64,000 nucleotides of DNA from Spirochaetota bacterium (GCA_026418195.1 JAOABU010000095.1:17964-81963); one strand, 5' to 3'; positions 47,489-57,923 are shown, numbered from the stretch's first letter. Notes: a model not told the origin generated them from the sequence alone. Numbers and translations: made by a program.

Positions 47489-50400
47489 TTAAAAGGTAAA
47501 ATGGGCGGAAATCCCTCCCGAAAGCCCTATAAGGATTCGGTATCCAGGTGGAAGCCCTGAGTAATCTTCCTCGAATCCTAGCCCGAGACGGATCTCGGCT
47601 TTAATATAGCCGTATTTAGGGAAGGTGAGGGCTGTTTCGTGCCCAAGTACTAGATACTGCTTCCAGCCTTCCTTGTCTTCGTATCGGTATTCGATCTTTT
47701 CTGTGTGCAGATAGAAGGCTCCCAAGTCTTTAGCTCTACGAAGGGAGGTAGTTCCAAAATCCCTCAGGATCAGACCCTTCCAGGTATACCCTAGAGTTAA
47801 AGATCCCCAGTAAGAAAACCGATCGGTTTCCTCGAGGTAAAGAAAATGCTCCAGCGTAGCTTTCTCGTCTTTTTCACCGAAAAGGGTAACCTTCTGTTGG
47901 GAAGAAATCTTCCACTGCCAGGTAGCTTCCTCTTCTTTGTAAAGGATGGACAGAGTATGCTTATGCTGGTACTCGTCCGTGTACCACCATGCAGAAAAAG
48001 GATACGCTCCGGCCAACCCAAATAGGTTCAACGCAGAGTACAATAGGGAAAGGTCAAACTGGTTGGTGCTAGTAAGAGTATCTTTGGAACGAGAGATGAT
48101 TTTCTTATAAGAACCCTCTCCTTGAGCGGGAACTACGAGGTCCTGCCAGTAAGATCCGTATGAACGAGAGAAAGACACCCCGATTTGGGAAACATACTCG
48201 GCAGAAGTAAGGCCTATGGTGTCAGTGGCAAAGGATGACCATCTGCCGGGGATGATCAGTTCGTAAAATGGATATGAACGGTAGAAATAGGCTTGGTCAT
48301 AGATGGATTCTTTTACTGTAGAGAAATCCGATGGAAAGTCTCCATCCTGAGGTACGGAACGGGTGTTCGTTCCTTGTCTGAGATATGAGACGGTGAATGA
48401 ATTGCCAATCTTCCTATCATGATCTCGGGATCGGAGGGGAACCTCAATCAAGAGTTTTTCCACGGTACGTTGGAGGCCATCTTTTTCACCTGTATTTACA
48501 TAGGATACTTCGGGAGTGATTCGTACTCCCCAAATCTCACTTTCGAGTTGTGTTTCCCAGCGAAAAAGGCCTTCCCGCTGGATGTTCACTCCTGATGTGT
48601 AGGGAAAAACTAACCGGTAGGAATGGATCCAGGAACTTGTATAAGGTTCTCGTCCGAAGGTATACCCTTCTGCGATATGGGAAAGTTTACCCCCAAACCG
48701 AAGAGAAAAAGCCGATATGGGAGTGCTAGATAGTGTTGTATCCCAAGATTGCGTTAATGTTTGGGTTATAAAGGTCGACTCAGCGCCTAGGGAGAGGGCA
48801 AAAGGAGGGCCGATGTTTACCTCTATCCGATTCATTCGACTGAGGAAGGCGTCTTCGGTATGGTAACTCCGTTTGAACTGATCCCGTACAGTTACTAGCC
48901 CGCCTTCTGCAGGAAACTGTAGACGGTGACCTGCTTCATATTGGATTCGATCGGATAGGCGATCGAAGGCAAAGGAACCCTCTGTCCGGAAGAGTCCCAG
49001 AAGGTCTATGGATCCTTCTGTGGAAGAACTTAAAAGGCTAGGGGTTTCTTCTGGGAGCCTGCCCTGGAAAGCTTGGGTGCGAGCGGAAAGCTTTTGTGCA
49101 ACACTTACGTTCCTCAATAGGGGCATGTCACCGATGGTAACTACCGTTCCAGGGATCGAGAAGGATCCTTCCAAAGATCCAGCAAAACCCCATCCTGCTT
49201 GAGGTCTAGACAGGTGAAGCTCGTCTAAGTACACTACTCCATCTTTAGCTCCCGATCCTTCCCATAGGAAACGGGTGAGTTTCCCGAAATTGGTATCCAC
49301 GCGAACATTCGAGAGCTCCCTTCCCCCAAGGTATGCTTTCTTGCGAACAAGATCCACTGTAAACTTTTCCCATCGATTCTCTGCCAAAGCGGGAATCTCA
49401 ACGTAGACTCCCTTTCCTTCCGGATCCGTGTACTGGAAGATGTACCTTGCTTCTGAACTAGTACCTCCTAGAGAGGCTGTGCGAATGTACAGGTTCACCT
49501 CCCGATACTGTTCAGGTGGTATTTCCCGGGTAGGGCTATATAGTACCCATTTATCGCCACTGCCAAGGTTTTTCCACTTTACCTCAAGTACCTTCTGGTC
49601 CGTACCCCCGGAATGGAAAGTTTTAATCCGGTCAGGATCAACCTTTTCTAATTCGATGGAAGGGGGAATATCAGCCAGGGATTCGTAGATCTCCCGAACT
49701 TCCATTTCCCCTCTGCCCACCACCTGATGAGGAAGAGTCGTGCCTTCAAATACGATCGGTCCGATCAGGATTTTCCCTTCTACGGTTCCGGTACCTTCCT
49801 TGCGGATGATGAATCGGACGGAACGAACCGATTTCAACCGGCTCCGTTCCGTGTAGGGGATACGGATCAGGGCGGTTTTCCAGTCTCCCCTCGAGGATGC
49901 ATCTATCAGCAAGCTACCTTCTGAAGAACCAGGGCTTGGAAAAATTAGGTATGGATTCTCTATTTCTAGTATCCCGTTTCGGTTAGCGTCCTCTGAATCC
50001 CGCTGATCGTTTCCCAATCCTTCCTGTCCTGCTCCCACATACAGAGTCAACGTTCCCTGATTGAAGGGAAACCCTCGAGAACTAGCACCCACTTCTTCAT
50101 CCAGTATCCCGTCTCCATCTAAATCTTCACCTATTGCTCCCACCTGGAAATTAAGAGAAGCTTGGGATCCTGTATGGGCGACTACCTTGTATGCGAATCG
50201 GATAGCTGTTACCTCAGAAAGATCTAGGGAAGAGCTGAAACCGGTGCTTAAATTCATCTGAGCCCCCACCCACTCCTCAGAACTGTTGATTTGGTAATCC
50301 AGTACCAGCACCCGATTGAATCCCTCCGAAGAGGCAGATGCAGTGTAAGGGCCGGATAAGGATCCGTTTTCATAGGGGAAGATGGCCCCCGCAGGAGGAT

Positions 50401-52327
50401 TCCATGTGTAGGGATTCAGTACAGTCCCTCCTAAAAGATCTACTGTCTCGTAATTCTTAAAGAAAAGTTTACCCCTGTTGTCTCGATTCAGATTTCCACC
50501 ATAAAAGGCAGGGTCTGGAATGGAAGAGGGAAAGGCGTTATTCTTCGAGATTTCCAGAGTTAAATCGTATCCCTCCATCCCCAGTAGACGTAGGAGCCCG
50601 GAAGTGTCCGGATTGTAGTACACGATAGCTCCATCGGTGGTGAACTTCAGATTTTCCTTTTTATAAGAGACTTGCGTAGAGAGGCCCACGATCCCCGTAT
50701 GATCGGTAGGTTCCGTACTGTAACTCCCTTTCAACACATTCCATCGTACCCCTAAGGCAAACTTGCTTTCCCATGCATCACTCCATCGTACGGAACTTCC
50801 CATCCCAAACAGAATGTCTCCCCCCGCTCCCTGTCCCGATGCCGTGCGATAGTAGATTTCGATCCGGTCTGAGGAGGATGGTTCGTAGGGAAGGCTCACG
50901 GTGCCTTTCTCGTAATCTACACCGAACAATTTTTCCTCTCTTCCATTTCGAAACACCCGGACAGAACCAGGAATTACATCGGTAGATACACTATAGGATT
51001 GAATGGGGGTATACGTTTGAATTAGGATTTCAAAGTCTACTGTGCTCCCAAGCTTTCGGGAATCGGGGCCATATAGGAGGGGAGCTTCCTCGGCGAAGGG
51101 GAAGCGGGCTTGAAAGGAGCGGCGACTTCCCTCGGAGAGGGCCATGCGGATAATGGATTCACTAGGTGAGTATGTAGGTTGGATTGGATAATGGAGGGGA
51201 AGGGTGGTGTCGGATCCTCGTTTTACTACCCGAATTCGGAGATTCGATCCAGTAGAAAGTGAGGTGCTTTGGGTCGCGTACGCTCCATAATCCTGAAAAG
51301 GAGAAAAGGTCCCGGGATCATATAGAAGGAGGGAGGGTTTTCCCCCGATAGTCACTTTGAACCGATCGATAGGAGCATCTAAATAAGGGCTTCTTGACCA
51401 GGAAAAATCTTCTCCTTCTCCAAGGGGATCTATTTGCCAGGGTGCATTGGCATCCGGCTTTACGAAGGGGGGAAGGGCTTTCTTACCTAAAGAGGAGGAA
51501 CCAACGGGTAGGCCTCCCTTCTCATAGTACACTACGACCCTCCCTACCGACGATTTCTGCAAACTCACCAATCCTTCAGAGCGGGATAGGGAAACATCGA
51601 ACTCGGTCGCCCGACGATACCTGCGACCATCGCTACCCAGAAATGATCCTTTATAGTCTTCGAGGTATACTTCGACTGATTCGACTTCAGTGTCGGGTAG
51701 GAGGAAAAACCTTCCTTGGACATAGGCAGAAGGATCGATCCGGAGTTCTTCCACCGAATTTTTCCCAATATAGGTTTTTTTTACTGGTTGAGAGGGGTCG
51801 TATCGGAGGAGAAATTCATGCTGGGTGTGTTCTGTCTGTAGCCGAGCAGCAATTCCGGGCGAACTTCTACTGCCTCCAGGAAAATCCATGTAGGGATATG
51901 GAGAGATCTCGATCCCTTTGTTTCCCGCTCGAATGGATTGAAGCACTTCTCCTTCCTTGCCCTGGTATCCGACAACATAACTATTCAACTGTCGTTTTTC
52001 CTGTAAGGTAGTTTCGAAGAAGTATCGATCCATCAACCAAAGAGCTAAGGTGAGGTTCGGCTTTTGCTCGTAAATCAGGCCATCGGTGAATCCAGGGAAT
52101 ACCGAAGGGTACTGGATTCCTTTTCCAGGAACCACCGCTAACCCAATGGATCCACTTAAAGACGCATCCCAAAACCCGTCCAATCGTAAGTCCACATCCG
52201 CATCTCCTAGTTTCGTCTGAAACACTGTTTCCGGAGCTTCTTTCTCGGGATTTTTAGGGAGTGTCTGGGCAGATAGGAGGTGGGTAAGGAAACAGACAAG
52301 TACAACCTGGAGAATCACTCGTTCCAC
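47489..52327 (-). CDS. Giant (1612 aa) secreted/outer-membrane protein with Ca-binding-like DxDGDG motif and OMP-type C-terminus (...HFTF)
   Basis: Signal peptide MERVILQVVLVCFLTHLLSAQ. DLDGDGILDEE motif. Long uninterrupted ORF. C-terminal aromatic residue after alternating hydrophobics. Confidence 0.6.
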   Translation of the reverse strand: MERVILQVVLVCFLTHLLSAQTLPKNPEKEAPETVFQTKLGDADVDLRLDGFWDASLSGSIGLAVVPGKGIQYPSVFPGFTDGLIYEQKPNLTLALWLMDRYFFETTLQEKRQLNSYVVGYQGKEGEVLQSIRAGNKGIEISPYPYMDFPGGSRSSPGIAARLQTEHTQHEFLLRYDPSQPVKKTYIGKNSVEELRIDPSAYVQGRFFLLPDTEVESVEVYLEDYKGSFLGSDGRRYRRATEFDVSLSRSEGLVSLQKSSVGRVVVYYEKGGLPVGSSSLGKKALPPFVKPDANAPWQIDPLGEGEDFSWSRSPYLDAPIDRFKVTIGGKPSLLLYDPGTFSPFQDYGAYATQSTSLSTGSNLRIRVVKRGSDTTLPLHYPIQPTYSPSESIIRMALSEGSRRSFQARFPFAEEAPLLYGPDSRKLGSTVDFEILIQTYTPIQSYSVSTDVIPGSVRVFRNGREEKLFGVDYEKGTVSLPYEPSSSDRIEIYYRTASGQGAGGDILFGMGSSVRWSDAWESKFALGVRWNVLKGSYSTEPTDHTGIVGLSTQVSYKKENLKFTTDGAIVYYNPDTSGLLRLLGMEGYDLTLEISKNNAFPSSIPDPAFYGGNLNRDNRGKLFFKNYETVDLLGGTVLNPYTWNPPAGAIFPYENGSLSGPYTASASSEGFNRVLVLDYQINSSEEWVGAQMNLSTGFSSSLDLSEVTAIRFAYKVVAHTGSQASLNFQVGAIGEDLDGDGILDEEVGASSRGFPFNQGTLTLYVGAGQEGLGNDQRDSEDANRNGILEIENPYLIFPSPGSSEGSLLIDASSRGDWKTALIRIPYTERSRLKSVRSVRFIIRKEGTGTVEGKILIGPIVFEGTTLPHQVVGRGEMEVREIYESLADIPPSIELEKVDPDRIKTFHSGGTDQKVLEVKWKNLGSGDKWVLYSPTREIPPEQYREVNLYIRTASLGGTSSEARYIFQYTDPEGKGVYVEIPALAENRWEKFTVDLVRKKAYLGGRELSNVRVDTNFGKLTRFLWEGSGAKDGVVYLDELHLSRPQAGWGFAGSLEGSFSIPGTVVTIGDMPLLRNVSVAQKLSARTQAFQGRLPEETPSLLSSSTEGSIDLLGLFRTEGSFAFDRLSDRIQYEAGHRLQFPAEGGLVTVRDQFKRSYHTEDAFLSRMNRIEVNIGPPFALSLGAESTFITQTLTQSWDTTLSSTPISAFSLRFGGKLSHIAEGYTFGREPYTSSWIHSYRLVFPYTSGVNIQREGLFRWETQLESEIWGVRITPEVSYVNTGEKDGLQRTVEKLLIEVPLRSRDHDRKIGNSFTVSYLRQGTNTRSVPQDGDFPSDFSTVKESIYDQAYFYRSYPFYELIIPGRWSSFATDTIGLTSAEYVSQIGVSFSRSYGSYWQDLVVPAQGEGSYKKIISRSKDTLTSTNQFDLSLLYSALNLFGLAGAYPFSAWWYTDEYQHKHTLSILYKEEEATWQWKISSQQKVTLFGEKDEKATLEHFLYLEETDRFSYWGSLTLGYTWKGLILRDFGTTSLRRAKDLGAFYLHTEKIEYRYEDKEGWKQYLVLGHETALTFPKYGYIKAEIRLGLGFEEDYSGLPPGYRILIGLSGGISAHFTF

Positions 52328-52357
52328 GCTCTATATAGTATGCCCTAGTTCCCCCTT

Positions 52358-53320
52358 GTGCAAATTAAAAATAATGAGAATACTTTGTCTATGACACCGG
52401 AAGTCGACAAAGCGAAGCTGTTTCTAGAGAGACTTCTGTCCAATCCGATGTTGCAAGGATACACCCCCCTTCAACGGGAAGAACAGATCCTACAACTGTT
52501 TTCCACTCATGCTTCTCAACTGGCTCCTCTATTGACTTCGGCCGAGTTTTTTCCGGGGAAGAGCTGGACTACCCTTCTTCCTATTCTGATCCAGGCTCTT
52601 TTCGAACTTACCGATCGTGATCTGTGGGTCACTTTTGAACCTTTTCTTCAGTCCGATCTATCCCTTTCTTTTCTCTCTTTCCTCACAAAGCAAGCGGTTC
52701 CTGAAGCTCAAATAAGGGCTCAGCTCATTGCGCTTCTAAAGGATATTCTCCAATCCCCAGAAGGTAGAAGGGTGTCTACCGGGCCATTGACTGCCATCCA
52801 ACAGGGCGGATGCTTCCGATACATTGACGAGATCTTTGAGCGTAAATCTTACATTCACTTTGAAATCACCAAGGTGCAGCGGTTACGGATGAGTAAAGAA
52901 GAAATAAAAGGAATCTTGGCTTTAACTCTTTTATTGAAAAGTGCGTATGTTCTTTATAGTTCAGAGGGGATGCACACATACACGGATCGAATTGCTGGAG
53001 TGATCCAAGGCCCGTTTGCTGAAAAAGTGATTCGAGCCTTGCAGAAACGGATTTCCCTTTTACCTATTGCCATGATAGAGAGCGCCATCCATTCCAACAT
53101 GTCCTTTGGAGAAAACCGCTTCATTGAAGCTACGGCTCGCCTAGCCAGTATTTTCGCTTCCCGGTATCGGACTTTTCGAGCTGGATTGAAGGTAGACCGT
53201 GGCGCGGATTCTCCAGATAAGAGTTGGTTCAGTGTGGCGCGGAAGAACCATAAGTTCTATGGTTTCGATTTAAAGATGCTGGACGAACTGTATATGATTG
53301 CTGCAGAGATGGGGTGGTAG
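52358..53320 (+). CDS. Hypothetical cytoplasmic protein (GTG start)
   Basis: Long ORF with no recognisable motif. Confidence 0.45.
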   Translation: MQIKNNENTLSMTPEVDKAKLFLERLLSNPMLQGYTPLQREEQILQLFSTHASQLAPLLTSAEFFPGKSWTTLLPILIQALFELTDRDLWVTFEPFLQSDLSLSFLSFLTKQAVPEAQIRAQLIALLKDILQSPEGRRVSTGPLTAIQQGGCFRYIDEIFERKSYIHFEITKVQRLRMSKEEIKGILALTLLLKSAYVLYSSEGMHTYTDRIAGVIQGPFAEKVIRALQKRISLLPIAMIESAIHSNMSFGENRFIEATARLASIFASRYRTFRAGLKVDRGADSPDKSWFSVARKNHKFYGFDLKMLDELYMIAAEMGW

Positions 53321-53323
53321 GGT

Positions 53324-54436
53324 ATGAAAAGATCCTTCTGGGAAAACCTAGTTGTAGGAGCCATCATCCTTGTTCTCTTCCAGACAGTGGTTGACGATGT
53401 GGCATCTTTAGCTGAATGGCCTTGGAGTATACGAAGGATACTCCTGTACCTTGGATTTCTCTTCGACCTATTCTTCACCATAGAGTTCCTGGTTCGTTTG
53501 TACCTGGCCTATGTGAATGGGGAGGCGAAGGAGTACTTTTTCCGTGGGTATGGATGGATAGATTTGATCGCATCCATACCGCTTCTCCTGTTCAGTTCCG
53601 GTCCTGTGATTTACGGGCTTTTGGCAGGGGGAGTCCCCGTGTTTGGGCTGGGCAGATCCCTCAATCTGTTGAAAACTGTCAAGATTGTCCGGGTTACCCG
53701 AATCCTCAGGGTGCTTCGCTTACTGAAGGTGGTTAGACAACTGAAACAAACCAATTCGGTGATGGCCCAGCGGCATGTGGGAAAGATAGCGACCTCTGTC
53801 TTAACAACGTGTATCCTAGTGTTTTCAGTGGGATCCTTCTTGCTCCAAAGCATATCTGGAACATCCTTTGAACAGATGTATTGGGATTCGGTAGATTCTA
53901 CTTCGGATGCTCTAAGTAAAACCTCCCCTACCGACCTAATATCTACGGTTCAGACGGTTGCTCGAGTTCTTCCCTCTCTCCTCAAGGTAAAGGTAGAGGG
54001 GAAGGACATCTTCCTTCGGTACGATTCTTATTATCTAGCTACACGATTTGGCCCTTACGACTATTTTTACGATCAACGAGGTTCTATAGAACTGTATTTC
54101 GACTATCGACCTTTAACCCGACTTCAGGCAGAGCAGAGTCTGCTTGTCTTCCTGATCGTGGTAAGCGTACTCTTGGTTCTCCTTCTCTATTATGCCCCTC
54201 ATTTTGCCATTACGGTGACTGACCCCCTGTATGTGATGCTGAAAGGATTCAAAGAACCTTCGTACAATCTGGAAGTAAAGATACCTCCACACCTAAAGGA
54301 AGATGAAGTATTCCGGTTGGCAGAACAGTATAATGAAGAGTACCTTCCACTCAAACAGAGGAACTTGAGCATGGGTGAAGGAGAAACCTCCGACCTAAAG
54401 TGGGAGGCGGTTTCCGAACTGTTCAAGAAAGGGTAA
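53324..54436 (+). CDS. Ion-transport (voltage-sensor-containing) channel-family membrane protein with C-terminal soluble domain
   Basis: S4-like arginine ladder KIVRVTRILRVLRLLKVVRQLK. Multiple TM helices. Confidence 0.65.
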   Translation: MKRSFWENLVVGAIILVLFQTVVDDVASLAEWPWSIRRILLYLGFLFDLFFTIEFLVRLYLAYVNGEAKEYFFRGYGWIDLIASIPLLLFSSGPVIYGLLAGGVPVFGLGRSLNLLKTVKIVRVTRILRVLRLLKVVRQLKQTNSVMAQRHVGKIATSVLTTCILVFSVGSFLLQSISGTSFEQMYWDSVDSTSDALSKTSPTDLISTVQTVARVLPSLLKVKVEGKDIFLRYDSYYLATRFGPYDYFYDQRGSIELYFDYRPLTRLQAEQSLLVFLIVVSVLLVLLLYYAPHFAITVTDPLYVMLKGFKEPSYNLEVKIPPHLKEDEVFRLAEQYNEEYLPLKQRNLSMGEGETSDLKWEAVSELFKKG

Positions 54437-54440
54437 CTGT

Positions 54441-54728
54441 ATGGTGATCTCCATGATTCAAATGATCATTGAGTTGCCGGACATTGGATCCATCAAGGAA
54501 AAGAGACGAATTGTAAATTCCCTCCGGGAAAAATTGCGAGTCCGATTCAAGATTTCCGTTGCAGAGGTAGACCTCCAGGATTCCCTTCGTTTTTCCCAGA
54601 TCGGGGGAGCGGTAGTGTCCAACTCTAAACAGTATGGTGAACAAGTGATGATGAAAGTCCTCAATTTTGTGGAGAACGAGGTCCCTGGCCGGATTCAGGA
54701 TGTTCAGATTCGTTCGGAAATCTACTGA
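54441..54728 (+). CDS. DUF503-family protein
   Basis: IELPDIGSIKEKRRIVNSLREKLRVRFKISVAEVDLQD matches the DUF503 consensus (L.LP...SLKEKR.VV.SL..RLR..FNVSVAEVD.QD). Confidence 0.7.
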   Translation: MVISMIQMIIELPDIGSIKEKRRIVNSLREKLRVRFKISVAEVDLQDSLRFSQIGGAVVSNSKQYGEQVMMKVLNFVENEVPGRIQDVQIRSEIY

Positions 54729-54734
54729 GTCTGG

Positions 54735-55421
54735 TTATTTAGGGATAAGGAATAGTTCCGGAAGTTTATGGTCAGGATTCTTCCATGGAATAGCTTCCAT
54801 TTCCTCTTCTGCTACTAACTCGATTTTAAAGTAGTGATGAAAGGGTTCGAATCGATCATCCTGAACTCGGATTTCTAATTCGAAGGTACGCTGTTCTCCA
54901 GGTTTTGTCGCAGGTATGGGACTGGGAAGAAATAGGAATGTTCCTTCTAGTTTTGCATCGAGATAAAAGGGGTTCTGCCATCGGTTATCGATCATGGGGA
55001 GAAGGTCGTCTTCCCAGCGTAACTCTATGGAGACTCCTTGAATGGGTTCAAAGTTTGTGCAGTTCAGGAGTTTTCCCTTGATGGTAGGGAGAATGAACAC
55101 TGGACCTTCGATCAATCTGGATTTTAAGGGAGTATCATAGTATGGCCTTCTTACGGTCTCGATCCGTTTGAGACCCTCGTGGATGAGAGTGACGATATCC
55201 ACCCGAAGCTGAGGGTTTTCTTTTAGGGTCCGTTCCGTGTGGGCCATCCCTCGACCCGAGGTAACATAGTATTGAGGTATTCGGTTCAATACAAAACAGA
55301 CCAAATCCATTCTGCATTGAGGGCTCATTAGATACTCCTTCTCCTTCTGTTTTGATTCCTCCTGCAGAACCTCATCCACCATCCGGAAAACGATGTCTTC
55401 CATTAAGTTATGTATCTCCAT
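54735..55421 (-). CDS. ComFB-domain protein with about 120-aa C-terminal extension
   Basis: N-terminal HNLMEDIVFRMVDEVL...CRMDLVCFVLNRIPQYYVTS resembles late-competence ComFB (LNxLPPKYVT, conserved Cys). Confidence 0.55.
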   Translation of the reverse strand: MEIHNLMEDIVFRMVDEVLQEESKQKEKEYLMSPQCRMDLVCFVLNRIPQYYVTSGRGMAHTERTLKENPQLRVDIVTLIHEGLKRIETVRRPYYDTPLKSRLIEGPVFILPTIKGKLLNCTNFEPIQGVSIELRWEDDLLPMIDNRWQNPFYLDAKLEGTFLFLPSPIPATKPGEQRTFELEIRVQDDRFEPFHHYFKIELVAEEEMEAIPWKNPDHKLPELFLIPK

Positions 55422-55866
55422 GAGAGTCTCCCTTGCGATATTCGCTCTTGATTTCTGTCAATTCCCGAATCTCCATTACAGCTGCTTTGAAATCCTTTAA
55501 AGTCTCTTTCAGAGAGTAGTAATTCAAGCCTGCATAGTAGATTTTGGAGAAAATCGAAAGGGATGTTTCGTGTTTGGTGAATTGTATATTCATGTAGCAC
55601 CCGTACTCGTAACAGGTGCGAAAGATATCCCCTATCCTGGAGCGAAGGTATTCCTGCAAGGTATTGGAGAAAATAATGGTATATACGATTTCTAGGAATT
55701 TAGAATCCTCATCGATGAAGAAACTCCCCTGGTACCCTTCTTCGTTTTGAAAGGATGCAGTATAGGCTCCATCGCTCTCCTCAGGGTCGATAAGCTCATA
55801 ACCCAATTCTTTGAAAAGAATCTGAGTGCGCTGGATTCGTTCTTTCATTAGCTTGGAGTATTTCAT
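55408..55866 (-). CDS. YbjN-like (putative sensory-transduction regulator fold) hypothetical protein
   Basis: About 150 aa. Weak resemblance to YbjN-domain proteins. 14-nt overlap with the downstream gene. Confidence 0.4.
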   Translation of the reverse strand: MKYSKLMKERIQRTQILFKELGYELIDPEESDGAYTASFQNEEGYQGSFFIDEDSKFLEIVYTIIFSNTLQEYLRSRIGDIFRTCYEYGCYMNIQFTKHETSLSIFSKIYYAGLNYYSLKETLKDFKAAVMEIRELTEIKSEYRKGDSHGDT

Positions 55867-55897
55867 ACGTTAAACATATTCCAGAATCCTAATCTGA

Positions 55898-57181
55898 TCA
55901 AGTTCGTAGGAACTCCTTCAGCAGAGTAGACACCTGAGGAATGGCTTCCAGTACTTCGGGAATCACTGCTACCCGAAGAACCCGGAGGGTTTTCACGAAT
56001 CCTTCTACCACAGGAGGTGAGAATACGGACCCTGCATCTGCGTATTCGACCAGGTTCCCCTCCGGAAGCAGGATAGGGATGTCTATTTCGAAGGAGATCT
56101 GTTCGGGAATGTCGATCACTACATCCTCTGGCTCGATGGGTTTGCCCATCTTTTTAGATAGAATGCGAGCGATTTCCTCCTCTTTTGAGCTTCGATACTC
56201 CAAATCTAGAAGTTTTTTCATCTGTGGAAAGGATGGATCAAAGGGGGCTTCCCAAACGGATTTCAATAACCTTCGGGAGGCAACCCTTCGAATGAGCGAA
56301 AAGGGGCGATAGGATTGCTCTACTGTGGTATGGAAGAACTCTTCGTCGTCCAGTCCATAGAGATCATCAGGACTAAGCATCCCATCCCGAAGTCCAAGGA
56401 ACACGGCTTTTTTGATCATAGCAGTAGCGATCCGAACCGTACGGTGCCAATAGACTGCTCGATACATGAGGTATTTGGAGAACAGTACGTTTTCCGCTGC
56501 GGGCAAGCCGGTTAGGTCTAACGAAATACCCCGTTGGGGATGTGGGTGGATCCTCCCAATCACGAAGTCAGTGTCCTGAATACCGTAGGGGACACCACAG
56601 AAGTACGCATCTCTATTCAGATAGTCCAACTTGTCTGGATCCAGTACTCCCGATAACAGATTTCGGAAGAAAGGTATTTCAGCAGACCCCTCATCATCCA
56701 AATGATGATCCACAATCGCTGCAACCATCCAGGGTTCAGTTCCTATCTGATGTTTTAATAGATGTTCCAATGGGGGAGTATAGATCAAGTCGGCCGTAAG
56801 GGATTCGTGTTCTCGTAGAGGTAATTCCTTTAGAGAATGGGTAAAGGGGAAGTGCCCGATATCATGGAGCAAGGCTGCACAGAGGAAGGCTTTCACACCC
56901 TCGAGACTCAATGGAGGAGCATGTTCAGAAGCAAGCAACCCCCGAAGGATCCGTTTGGAAAGATGGAATACCCCAAGGCTGTGAACGAATCGGGTGTGAG
57001 TGGCTCCAGGATACACTAGGTGAGTGATCCCCAGCTGCTTGATCCGATAGAGCTTCTGGAAAGGTTCGGAAGCCACAATGGTCATCATCTGGGGAGAGAG
57101 GTAGATGTGTTTCCAAAGAGGATCGCGAATGGGCTCGGTGTAGTCCTGATCGAGGTGCTGGATAATTTGATTCCCCTGCAT
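55898..57181 (-). CDS. HD-domain phosphohydrolase (dNTP triphosphohydrolase-like)
   Basis: HTRFVHSLGV ... LLHDIGHFPFTH HD motif pair. 427 aa. Confidence 0.8.
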   Translation of the reverse strand: MQGNQIIQHLDQDYTEPIRDPLWKHIYLSPQMMTIVASEPFQKLYRIKQLGITHLVYPGATHTRFVHSLGVFHLSKRILRGLLASEHAPPLSLEGVKAFLCAALLHDIGHFPFTHSLKELPLREHESLTADLIYTPPLEHLLKHQIGTEPWMVAAIVDHHLDDEGSAEIPFFRNLLSGVLDPDKLDYLNRDAYFCGVPYGIQDTDFVIGRIHPHPQRGISLDLTGLPAAENVLFSKYLMYRAVYWHRTVRIATAMIKKAVFLGLRDGMLSPDDLYGLDDEEFFHTTVEQSYRPFSLIRRVASRRLLKSVWEAPFDPSFPQMKKLLDLEYRSSKEEEIARILSKKMGKPIEPEDVVIDIPEQISFEIDIPILLPEGNLVEYADAGSVFSPPVVEGFVKTLRVLRVAVIPEVLEAIPQVSTLLKEFLRT

Positions 57182-57260
57182 ATTCCTGAAGTGTACCTTG
57201 AGCTTATTCCCTCTGCAAGAGGCTTTGATTTTTCATGGGAACATGAGTACCATACAGAGG

Positions 57261-57908
57261 ATGAGGATTCATAGAAGGATGTTGGGGGTTCTTGGATGCA
57301 TCCTCTTTGTTTGGGCAGGGTGCTCAGGGAAGAGTTCCCAGAGTAGCCATCCTTCCCCCCCACCTGTCCCTGCATCTACACCCGAAGCCACAAAGGAACC
57401 GAGGGTTCCTATGGTTGGCAAGAAAGATACTGTTAAAAAACCTTCTCCTCCCTCATTGACCGAAGAAAAACCCATTTCTCTGGACCCCCTTTTCGGGGTA
57501 CCAACTCAGAGGATCTATCCCAGGGATTTTGAGTTAGGGGAACTAAAACCTATGGATCCTGTTGTGCAGGATGTGCTGGTGATAGCAGAAGAGTTTTTTA
57601 CCCGAATACAACAGGGCAGATCCTTGATAGAACTACTTCATCCTGAATATCGGTGGTTTCTAGAAGAGGAGTTGAAACCATGGCAGGGAAAATCGATTCC
57701 TTTGCAAGATATTAGGGTTGGAAAGGTGAGTGAATCTTCTTCGGGTGTGATGGAGATTCCATTCCGAGTTCTCCACGAAGGAAATAGGTTTACAGGATCT
57801 ATGCTATTGGAGAAGAAAGAAACTCAATGGTATGTGGCTGATTTTTCACTAGATTGGAGTGTAATTGACTCGAAAGAAAAAGAACGTTTCGATCCCTTCA
57901 AAGAATGA
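57261..57908 (+). CDS. Hypothetical lipoprotein
   Basis: Signal peptide MRIHRRMLGVLGCILFVWAGCSG with a lipobox. Internal start chosen over the listed 57198. Confidence 0.5.
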   Translation: MRIHRRMLGVLGCILFVWAGCSGKSSQSSHPSPPPVPASTPEATKEPRVPMVGKKDTVKKPSPPSLTEEKPISLDPLFGVPTQRIYPRDFELGELKPMDPVVQDVLVIAEEFFTRIQQGRSLIELLHPEYRWFLEEELKPWQGKSIPLQDIRVGKVSESSSGVMEIPFRVLHEGNRFTGSMLLEKKETQWYVADFSLDWSVIDSKEKERFDPFKE

Positions 57909-57923
57909 TTTTTTTTTGGATCT

